Source of the DNA: Lytechinus pictus
Lineage: Eukaryota
Direction: 5' to 3'
DNA length: 64,000 nucleotides
NCBI RefSeq assembly: GCF_037042905.1
Contig: NC_087245.1
Coordinates: forward strand, 43,526,001 to 43,590,000
The position numbers were made by a program, and so were the translations under genes. A model generated the notes under the pieces. That model made no database searches and was not told the DNA's origin. It was given only the letters and a program-made list of their open reading frames with translations. Positions 53,187-64,000 of this stretch are shown in pieces (within the stretch, counting starts at the first letter, position 1; each line of letters starts with the position of its first letter).

Positions 53187-55597
53187 CTTCATTGATATTC
53201 GGAGGTTCCTCCTAGCCTCTGTCCTGCGTTTCCTCACGTCATTCTTGAACGCATCTCCTCGAGATGTGCAGAGATGATACACTGTAGCTACAAAAACTAC
53301 CGCGTTCAACACAAGGATAAGCGTGATGGGTAAAACGAAGGCGATCAGATTCGCACTGGCGTCACCAAGCCAACAACCTCTAGAGATATCGCCATAGGTT
53401 AGTGATGTCCGCCTCAAGAGGTGCAATATCAGGCAAGGAATTATGATAAGAAGGGGAAAAGCCATGGCAGAGGTGAGGTATGTGATAAATACGCTCGGTT
53501 TTACGCCACGAGTCGACTTCGTTTTTCTCCGACCGAACGTGCGGTACAGCTCGAAAGCAATCAAAAGCATATAGGTAAAGACAGAAAGCCAAACGTAGTG
53601 TGCTACTACTGAAAGTATAGCGCATGCTTTAGCATTAAACCTTGCGGCACCAAGAAAGACAAGCAAGAGAAGCTGTCCAATGAGCAGGGTACCGGCGAGC
53701 GCCATGATGAGCTTCACAAATGTAGTCTTCCGTAACAGTGGGAAACGTGCATAGGTCAGAAGGGTAAGCATCAATGCTATAATCGATATGACACATCCAA
53801 CAAGCGTCAAGATTTGATGGGGAGCCTGAAAGATACGATCGGAATCGTTTTGCATCGATGAACAAACAAAAACGTGCGTTTGATTCCATCGACTAATAGT
53901 TATGCTTATTTGTAATGGATTTCCAATTGACCCAGCAGCAGAGTTAAAAAAATCATAGTCATCAAGACTTTTATTGACCTCGGCGAAATGAAGCTCACAC
54001 CATCTTACAATACAAGATTGTTTGATGTAAGACACAGTGAGATCTTTGGTTGAAGCATTTACAAAATGTAAATGTGTCTTTAATTTTCTCGTAAGAACGA
54101 CGTATGTACAGTCCTCATTCAGACAATTGTTCTGCGTCATGGTATTCGTTGAGTTTAAAGCATCGTCCAGATTGCCGAGACATAGAGTTCTAGGCAAGGC
54201 ATCCTGATTACGACATCCTCGGACAATGTCTAGTTGCTGGGGAATAAAATCAGCAGGAGCGATCATAGAGTTTATATTTATATCTGAAATCAGATCATCA
54301 AAATAACGTCCATATTCATTGTAATCAAGCCATACTGTTACATTTAAGACCGATTTACATCTTTTCGAGAGAGGCGTGTAAATTGTACCGCCATTTCTAG
54401 GAAAACAAAACGCTGAATTATCAAGAATTTGAAATTTCTTTAGTGGAACTTTGAAAAGATCCTCTAGGAAGTATAGTAGTGAGGACAACACAGTACTTTC
54501 GTTTATATTTTGGACACGTTCTCTATTCAATCGAATCTCTGCCGTTATTTCATAGCCATGTGACGTGGTATTATCACATAAATCATCAATTGTTGCTTTA
54601 AAGTCGCATTTGTCATCAAATCCCGAGCTCTTCAGACTCCCTTTTTCACAGCTTTTCACATTTTCCTCGAATGACCCTTTCTTGGTTATTTTAAAAAGTG
54701 TTTCCATAGTAGGAAGGTCGAAGAAGACTGATACTGGTACTACGAAGTGAAGTCTATATGTAAAAACGTCACTTTCTACATATTCTGAACTAGGTCCATA
54801 ACGTTCTCGTTGGCAAAAGTCTTGTGACGGTGTCCCACCATGAATATTACTGTCGATGTTATTGCGAGAGATATCACACTGCAAGCAATGAGGATTGTTG
54901 TATTCCCTGCGCCCAACGGTGATAGGTGCCTTGTACAATGCACAGGCCTTTGAAGATGACGAATCCGCTACGGATTCTCCACATAATGCAGCATCCTCGT
55001 TGGGATTTTTATAGGGAACACAGCACGAACAAGCTCTTAATTTGGCAAGGATTAGCGGATTCGCAGGTTTCATTTCTAGGTCGCTACATTTCTCTTGCAA
55101 ATGTGACCATGTAGACGAAACGTTTATATTCTCTTCCGAACAATTCCCGAAGACTGTCCAGCCTGTGACGTCACGTGGTTCCATCCCATTGCAAAAGGCG
55201 CAGAAGATGTTCTTGAACGTGACCCCCTGCTGGTTGTCCACTCGAAGCCAATGAATGACACTGTCGTTCTGATCGTATCGCTCACATAGTTCGCGAGTTT
55301 CCGTGATTGGCCAATCGGTGGGACATCGTCCAACCATAAAGTACGATTGCATCGAATGACGAGGTGAATTGGCAATAACAATCTCACACGTCGTAAGACC
55401 GACTTCCCAGTCGTAAACATAGTCAATATAACGGCGATTGCACGTCGTAGCGAAGTCCCAGCAGCAATCCCCATACCCGACGCAATCATCGTCACAATTG
55501 CACACGGTGCTGTTCGAGACGCCACATCCAATATCATTGCAAGCTTGATGATGTTCACACACGTTTACTGTAACGTTATACAGGGTCACGTTGAGTT
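53187..55597 (-). CDS. Paralogue 2 large exon: SMB-like domain, Cys-rich ectodomain and TM1-5 of a class B (secretin/adhesion/Mth-like) GPCR
   Basis: Uninterrupted ORF 53151-55661 with CNCDDDCVGYGDCCWDF, HYVWLSVF and GCWL. Acceptor tttgtttcAG at 55599-55598; donor AAG|GT at 53186. Confidence 0.93.
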
Positions 55598-55788
55598 CTG
55601 AAACAAAGAGTGATACAAATGCGTTTGACATTGTCAAATCAAGGCACTGTAATGGGAACAAGAGGAGTAGAACCGATTTCCAGTGACGTCATACTCGAAG
55701 CCACCGAAAGATTATGAGCTATAGAGCTTATCTCACCCATGTAAAATCTTTAGCCAGAATGTGAGAAAAATCCCTCTCCTACCATTAA

Positions 55789-56381
55789 AGGACAAGTCCA
55801 CCCCAGAAAAACGTTGATTTGAATAAATGGAGAAAAATCAAAGTAGCAAAACGCTGAAAATTTCATCAAAATCGGATGTAAAATAAGAAAGTTATGACAT
55901 TTAAAAGTTTTGCTTAATTTCACAAAACAGTTATATGCACATCCTGATTGGTATGCAAATGAGGAGACTGATGACGTCATTCACTCACTATTACTTTTGT
56001 ATTTTATTATATGAAATAGGGAAGATTCTATTTTTCTCCTCATTGTCGAGTGAAACAACGATTAATTCCTCCCAGAACATGTGGAATGAGCATTGATTAA
56101 CACTATATGATTCAGTCAAGTTGGTCCTTCTTGTCAAATCTATAAAAAATGAAATAGTGTATGATTCAAACAATAAAAAACAAAAGAAATAGTGAGTGAG
56201 GGACATCATCGACTGTGTCATTTGAGTTGTACATATCACCGTTTTGTGAAAAATAAGCAAAACTTTAAAATGTCATAACTTTCTTATTTTACATCCGATT
56301 TTGATGAAATTTTCAGCGTTTTGCTACTTTGATTTTTCTCCATTTATTCAAATCAACATTTTTCTGGGGTGGACTTGACCT
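55789..56381. mobile_element. TTAA-flanked palindromic MITE, well-preserved copy
   Basis: TTAA-AGGACAAGTCCACCCCAG...CTGGGGTGGACTTGACCT-TTAA. Confidence 0.9.
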
Positions 56382-57488
56382 TTAATGTCAATCTGATACC
56401 AATTTTGTTCGCTTTAAGTCATCCTGTGAAGTAAGAACATGAAACAGGATGGGAATGGTAGCAGAAAGTAATGAATTCCCTTTATAAACAACAGAAATCG
56501 CATGATTGACCAAATTATTTGCATGAAAAGAGCTTTTTGATAATGGATGTTGGCAGAATAGACACTGTTCTTTCGTATACATATATCTTTAAAGATGGAT
56601 ACTGGGAAAACTTCTTATAAGGATCCATTGACTTAGATTCGATTAGGGAGTTCGCATTCTAAGAGATATCTCCCAATTTCAACCCCCCCCCCCCCCCACT
56701 TCACACTTCCATTGAAGTGTGTCGGGAGGTAATAGAAATAATGTGAAAAAGAATATTCGAATTAAATTTTTTGTGTAATTTAACCTACTAAGCGATAAAA
56801 TTACTATTCTGTACTATGCCCTCCAGATTCAAAGCTTGGATCATCTATAATTTTATTTGTTTATTTATCTATCTGTTTACAAGCAACATCTAGCCAGTAT
56901 CCCATTGCGGGTTCACAATTATTCCCTTCGAGAAAGATAAAAATATAAATATTTGAAGTTTAAATTATGGGTTAAATACGAGTATGAAATTTTACAACTT
57001 TGCACCATCTTTTAATGTCTGATTTGCACTTGAAAAGTTTGAATCCAATATTAAATTTGGTATAAATTCCTCCCTTACAAGCAACTTGAGATGTAGAGGA
57101 CAATAATTACATTCCTAAGTATAACGATTTTCGTTATGACTCACATGTAGGAAAAAATAGTGTTGGGATTGTATAATTATCTTTTACCTTTTAAAGGAAA
57201 ATGTAATAATGTTTCAATACTTTGCCTAAATGGTATAGTGTATTTATAATGATCACGTAACACTCTAATCTAAATCCCGTTTTTCTCCTTACGGATATTA
57301 TACGTCGTACATCGTCGTATATACACTCTGCCCATGTTCCATCAATTCAATCAAAAGGTCAAGATGCTTTCTAATTTAATTAAGACATTGATCACATATC
57401 GCTTGCGAGCGCAGTTGCATGAGTCCCCGACGAGTCTTGACGTATATTGACATGATTGAGATCGAGATAAAACCCACGGTGCTCGTAA

Positions 57489-60196
57489 AGGCGGTTTTCC
57501 ACTAGGGCGCGGACAAGACCAGGAAGGGTTGCGGAAGCAACTTTTGTCATTTCAGCATGCTGTCCGCAACCAAATTCCGTAAAAGATTATGCAAATGATC
57601 TTGTCCTAGGACACAACCAGGACTGTCTGCGTATTGTCTTAGGACATTCATGGGACTGTCCAAGGACAGGATTTTCTGAATAGATTTTTCGACGTTTGGC
57701 GCGGACAGCATGCAGATCGTATTAGAACAGAAGCAGACACACTTAGGACAACGTCACGAGTGGAAAATTCAAGGACTGGGACAATAAGGATAATTTTCGG
57801 ACAACCTGCAAATACTGTTAGACAAAATATCGTTCATATATTTTTTTAATATAAATTTAGGGGTACTATTTGGGGGGGGGGTTGTGGTGGTTTTTTAAGA
57901 AACCTTGATTTGCTATTAAGGCCGAGTTCGAAGCAGGCGAGAATAAAGAAATCCGTCATGAATATTGCATCCATGGTTTGAAATCCCAGGGGGACAGGGT
58001 GACGCGTCCCCTCACTTTTTCGAAAGGGGGGACACAATATCAATTGCCCCCCCCCCCCACACAATTTTTGGGAGGGAGAAAAAAATGAAAAAAAAAGGAA
58101 AGAAAGGAAAAAGAAAAAGAAGGGAAGAGAAAAGAGAAAAAAGGGAAGAGGAAAAATAAGAGGAGAATGAGGAGTGAATAAAATAAGATGAGGGAAAAAC
58201 ATTTTTCATGTCACTACATAAAATTTTCTCTCACGCTTCGTGCTCGCATTGCCTAATCTATGAGATACATATTGCTCAATAGACTTTTATGGAACTTAAA
58301 ATAATGATTAAAGTTTTGAAGTTAATATACAAAACATTTCTCGGATATCGAGCTTTCATTTTTTGTTTGATTTACAAATTAAGTTTTTGTGAAGTCTTAT
58401 GTAAAATTGCAGTTTTATGGTCTAAATATCAACAAATACAGCTCGCGCTGACAATTCATCAAAAGTTTCGGCTCGCAATTTGCACTCGCATTATTTTTTT
58501 ATAAAAATATATTAACCCACGCGTCCTGTTCATAATTACAAAATGTCCAGTTTTCTGGCCTTAATATCAATTTCGCGCTCTCATTACGCTTATTAGATTA
58601 GTAAATATTTTCATGATTTCCTAATAATCATTGTGTCCCTATTTCAGAATGGAATATGGACAAGTTTCTTCTCGCGCTTAGGAAGACTAATAGGAAGAGA
58701 GTCATCATAGTCATATGATGACAAAATATCCCCTGTCGCACGTCAAAGTACATGTAATAATAAAAAAATATAAGCTTGCGCTTCGCACTCGCATCATTTA
58801 TTAAGAGCGATCCCTATCCACTTCAGAATTTTCCTACACAGTGCTCGAAATAGCGCTTAAATTCACATTTTTTTTTTCAGATCGGAATATCAAATATTTT
58901 TAGCTCGCGCCTCGCGCTCGCATTATTGATAATATAATAAAAAATGTAATTAGAATGTCCAGCCAGATTCTAGGTCTAAATCTAAAACACACGCACGCAT
59001 ATTTATTGAGATATAAATCGTGTTCCAGTTTAAGATCAGAATATCTATTTTTTCTGCTCGCGCTTTACGCTCACATTATTAATATAGGAAGATATCCAAT
59101 TACCCATCCTTTTCCTGATTTACAAAACGTAAGATGTCTCGTTCTTAGGTGAGAATCTCAATTTTGCATCAAGTGTGTAGTCATATACCTTTCCTGATTA
59201 AAAAGGTGCTTAGAACTTAGATGTCCAGCATGTAGGTCGGAATGTCAAAAATGTTCAGCTCGCGCTTCGCGCTCGCATTATTTGATTGTTAAGTATGTAT
59301 GTTCTTCATTGGATAAACTGCATTTTTTTTTATCAGGCCAGAGCGTATTCAAAGAATTTCTGCTCGCGCTTCGCGCTCGAAGTAATCGCGCTCGCGTGAT
59401 ATGTTTAAAACACTGCTTAAAATATTAAGTTTTCAGGTTTGTTTAAGTTATATACAAAGGCCCCTTGACCCCGTTCTTCGTTACTTTTTGTAATTTTGTT
59501 TTCTTGTATTATGTCCCGTTGCCCCTCTAGCCAACTGACCACAAATGGCTTTTGATACTGTACTCAATGCATACATATTTGAATTGGATCCACACATTCC
59601 TAATACCTTCCCCTTGCCTTCTTTTTCCTGTCCGCGCGTTCCCGAATCACTCCGCTTGCCTTCTTATTCCAATCCCCATGTTTCTGAAACAGTCCGCTTG
59701 CCTCCTTATTCCAATCCGCACATTCCTGAAACATTCCGCATGGCTTCTTCTTTGCTTCCTGAAACTGACCTGATAGCGGATGGTTTCCGGAAGACGCTGA
59801 AGGGTTCAGGAAGGGTAGGACATCTTCAGGACAAGGTGCCGAAGGTGTCAGGAATTCAATATCCGCGTCCAAATTAGATACGGACAAATTTTGATTTCCC
59901 GAACACCAGGGGCCCGTTGCATAAAACTTTTGCCTTGAAAAAATCTGGTAAATAAACAAAAACTCTGGCAAACAAAATTATGCCATTAAAACTTCCCCTT
60001 GAAAAATAACTCTGGCAAAATATTTGCCAGAGTTTTTTAAGGCAAAAGTTGTATGCAACGGGCCGAAGGAAGGGTTTAGGACAGCGTGCGGATACTCCCA
60101 GGAATGTCCGGACAGGTTGCGGAAGGGTCGCGGATTACAATTATTACATTCCGCGCCTTGTCCTGACGCTGTCCTGGTCCTAGTGGAAAAGGGGTA
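57489..60196. mobile_element. Harbinger-like non-autonomous element with TAA TSD, carrying nested inserts
   Basis: TAA-AGGCGGTTTTCCACTAGG...CCTAGTGGAAAAGGGGTA-TAA. Contains 42-bp repeats (59651, 59693, 59735) and a MITE at 59909-60064. Confidence 0.65.
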
Positions 60197-60311
60197 TAAT
60201 AATTGAAGAGCATGAAACTGTAAATTACATACCTTTAAAAGGCATATTTTTGCCCTTATTTAATGGCAACCCATTCGAATGCCATGTTCGTTGACCTTAA
60301 AATGATACACA

Positions 60312-60611
60312 CACTAGCGTACCTACGGGGGGGGGGGCAGTCTGCCCCCCCCCCTGACGAGTCACAACCCATGCACATAGGACGTATCCCTGTCCCCCCC
60401 CCCCTGAATACCTTTTTTGCCCCCCCCCCCTGACGAGCTTGAAACCTTTTTTTTTTTTTTTTTTTTGCTTGTCAATTTTTTTTTCTGGTTCAAAATCCTT
60501 TACTTGTGGTTGAGGACCTTTTTTTTTTTTTTTTTTTTTTTTTTTCTTGTCAATTTTTTTGGCGGACGGTTTTGCCCCCCCCCCCGTGGAAAATCCTAAG
60601 GAACGCTACTG
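60312..60611. mobile_element. hAT-like MITE with 8-bp TSD
   Basis: CACTAGCGTACCT...AGGAACGCTACTG flanked by GATACACA and GATGCACA. Confidence 0.75.
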
Positions 60612-61884
60612 GATGCACACTAAGAAATAAAGGTTCAAAGTTGAACCCCGAAAGGTTGATGCAAAATCAGCACCCTATGGGTTCAAAAATTGAACCCCTG
60701 ATTGGGGTTCATTTTTGCACCCTGCTGATCAAAACTGCACCCCTTAATTTTAAATTGAACCCCTAGGGGTGCAGTTTTGAACCCACAGGGTGCAAAAATG
60801 GTCTTACAATGGTAGTTGCCATTATGGCAAAGTAACAACAGCTGTAACTCTTTATGAAACGGCCCCAGATGACGTTTATCAGGGGGAGGGGTAGGGGTCG
60901 GAATGTCTCCCAGCTAAAGCAAGATATAAATAAAATGTTCCATCAGGACATGTGTGAGGGTGTGTATATAAAGTTTCACTTTTACCCACCACTGCTTGTT
61001 ATATACTACAATATAAAGCGACACGTCCCGCGACCATTAATTTTAGACTTGAATTACAAGCTCTAACTCTCGAACAAAATGTTAACGGCCATTACGAAGA
61101 AAGTTTAACACTTGTCTTTCTACCTTTAAAATCTCTTTCAATGTTTTGTTCATATGTCTGTTTATTATACTTCTCATTGGGGATATTGACCAAATGGATG
61201 TCCGAAACCCTTATATATTAAGGATTTGGAAGATTGGACTTCGATAAATTATAACTTTTTTCCCTACCATGCCTAATACAAAACAACAAATACGTAAACT
61301 GTTCGGGAGTAGGCCTACATGTAGGTGAGAAAACAAGGCGACATAACTGGATTCGAGGGCTTTTTGTATTTGAAATACTTACTGCAAACTTTGGGTGGAA
61401 TCCCGTTAAAATTTATCCCAAATTTATCCAGATTTTTTCGTATTATTTTTTCCAGGGGGAAAGAGATCGTCTGCCCCCGTTCTTTACGACCATGCATGAT
61501 TCGGCCAAAGTGCAAACACTACTATATAATAATAATAATAATACTAATATAGGTATATTTACCCAGAGAAGCAACTTCAGTTCTGAAAACTATTCTCCCA
61601 GCGGACCCTTTTTCCAAAGGGCAGATAGCTCTGGGGTACCTTGATTTAAGCTACGCCTACCATTGTTCTCTTCATCCATTTCTTCACAAAATATTTAAAT
61701 AAAAGAGTTGCCAAAGCTGTTGTACATGTATAAATTCACACATTTATATATATATATAAATATTTATATTAATACTATATTTCCTTCTTGTAGCCCTATA
61801 ACCATAACATGAGTAAAATCCCTTGATCGCCGCGTCTGTGTTTGTCACAATTCTTTAAAAAATATAAAGTTCATTTTTACTTAC

Positions 61885-62020
61885 GTCCCCTACTATGTCC
61901 ATCCCCAAATGAAGATACGTTGAAAGCATTTCCCTCGTCAATACTACACAAAAATGCCATAATCAAGAAGATGACCTCTCCATGGCGACAGGCACGCCAA
62001 GTCCAGATTGGATAGCCCAT
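61885..62020 (-). CDS. Paralogue 2 putative first coding exon (signal peptide)
   Basis: ccacgATGG start, MGYPIWTWRACRHGEVIFLIMAFLCSIDEGNAFNVSSFGDGHSRG, and a phase-1 donor C|GTAAGT in frame with the exon starting at 55597. Confidence 0.75.
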
Positions 62021-63490
62021 CGTGGCTACTTCATGGGGAATTCAAGATAGGTAGATAGATAGATAGATAGATACTCCAAACAGTAAGATTCATCGACGTT
62101 CTCGCATATTGTCCCCATTCCTCACACCATTTCAATTATGACGTTTTGGGGACGAGTAATGCATTACTCGTCCGAAGAAGTGCATTACTAAAATAATAGT
62201 CCAGAGTAATGGTCATCTTTTAAATTATCACTGCATCCGTCACTGCCGTCGTCTTGTATCTTTACTCCTCTCTGATGTGGAAGAAACTTCTGGACGACGT
62301 TTGAATATGTTATCTGAACAATCAAAATAAAGCAATACACTGAACGCATATGCCATTTATCTTGCTCAGACCATTCAGACTGAATGACAAATCTATTGAA
62401 TAACAGTTATTCAACATTTCAGTTCTTTCTTATTTGTATTCATTTACATAACGCATGTCATACCACGAGCAATAACTATCAAAGATTGATTATACGGCAA
62501 ACTGGTCAATTCTGTATTTTTATATGATTATATCCAACGAATGGAAGTTGTTAAGAAATTGCTTTATGTGTTGCACTCTCCCCACAAAGGATGAACAGTG
62601 GTAAGGTGACACTCATTATATTAAATGTTTTCCAAAAACAATACAATACATGTTGGTGCATACACATTCTTCAAATAAGATGATAGCCATTATGATCACA
62701 ATATTTTCGCACACACCGTTAAACCGAGGATTTAATTATTCCACTCATAAATCAATCAAAAACGCAATACAAAAATTACAGTATACGACAAACTCCAAGT
62801 TGGCTGGAAAAATACAACTGCGTTATTGGGCACGTTGTTCTACTAATAGAATCAGAGATGTGCAGTATCCTTTAGATGTCTACCATGTCTACTGTCGAAT
62901 GTATCGGATATATCTAAGAATCGTCATGATCTTCGGGCGTCACATATCTTGAATTCAATTCCAAGTTTACATTCCGATACTTCCAATTAGGATGGGACAA
63001 ATTACACCTTTAGAGAGTAGCGAACTTAGTGTATAAAGATCTTTAAAACGCTCTTCGATCTTGGAACACATCATTGGTGATGCGCTCGAATAAAAGTTCA
63101 TCGGGTACATACTACATCAACACTTCAATGAGTGATGGCTGCATGTAAGAAGGCCAGCTGTCTCACGAGTGAAAATAAATAAAGGGTAAGAAAGCACGCA
63201 GACGGCGCGCCGCGGCGGGTCATTCCGGACCTTTCGTTTGAGGACGCGGACGCTTATTTACGACGTTAGTTGATTTTGGAAGAGACTTTTTGGGCCCGTC
63301 ATCATGGTCGTCCTGCAATGCAAATTGTGTGACATGAGATTTTTTTTTCGTTTCGCATCTGCGACGGAAACATTCAATATGCGTTTCGTGTGCAAAATTT
63401 TGGTTGCTACTATGGTAACAGCGATATATCTCATTGAGGACGACTTTCCATAAAGCCACATTTGACTCCTCCTAGAGCTCGAGAGGCCGC

Positions 63491-63789
63491 CCGGGGGGCC
63501 CACTTCCATTGATTAGTGGATCCCAGGAGCGACCACGCGTAAAAGGGGACAGAGTGGGCAGGTACGTTACGTATAGGCCTATGTAACGTTATAAGGGTGT
63601 CAAAACGATGTTTTAAATGCTGACAAAAAAGGGATATCCAATACTTGTAGGGTTTCACAAGCCAAATTCTTGTTAAGAGATGCATTTTCATAATCTGGAA
63701 AAGAATTACTTCCCAGCTTGTTTAGGGTATTTTTCGAAACCCCATGGTCGTGCCTGGTATCCACTCATTAATGGAAGTGGTCCCCCCGG
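63491..63789. mobile_element. ~300-bp MITE with ~47-bp TIRs
   Basis: CCGGGGGGCCCACTTCCATTGATTAGTGGAT... versus ...ATCCACTCATTAATGGAAGTGGTCCCCCCGG. Confidence 0.8.
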
Positions 63790-64000
63790 AATTTGAATCT
63801 AATCCCCATTTCTGGGGGAAGTAAAACATAATGCCCATTACATCGTGTGCGAGAGGCATATCGTTTGTGTAGAAGGAATAAACAAAAGAAACAAAAGAAA
63901 CAAAAAGAAACGAGTTCAAATGTATTACATAATGGTGTGCACATATCAACTCACGCGAAATGTTCGGCTGGAGAGGTTGATCTGACCCATGAAATCAATT

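Noticed and set aside
56790..57370. Additional small exons of paralogue 2
   Set aside because: The candidate AG/GT-bounded segments I tried contain stops in the required phase, and exon 62020-61885 joins 55597 in frame without them.

Overview
Repeat-rich, AT-rich animal genomic DNA with spliceosomal introns. The repeat families suggest an echinoderm such as a sea urchin, but that is my inference and is not verified. (1) 1-12707: a young, near-identical tandem array of two modules, B (~0.99 kb) and A (470-474 bp, transposon-like ends). A is present in 7 units and precisely absent from 3, and the array stops exactly at the end of an A copy. (2) Two diverged minus-strand paralogues encode SMB-domain, Cys-rich, class B (secretin/adhesion/Methuselah-like) 7TM receptors with identical intron phases. 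Paralogue 1 (13874-24092) has two in-frame TAA stops and is a probable pseudogene; paralogue 2 (52154-62020) looks intact. (3) Introns and the intergenic region hold nested mobile elements: TTAA-, TA-, TAA- and 8-bp-TSD MITEs, a long foldback element, three decayed CR1/L2-type LINEs, an L1/Tx1 fragment, a tRNA-derived SINE, and a 249-bp Penelope-like inverted insertion carrying an intact minimal hammerhead ribozyme motif. All coordinates were read by eye and no searches were run.
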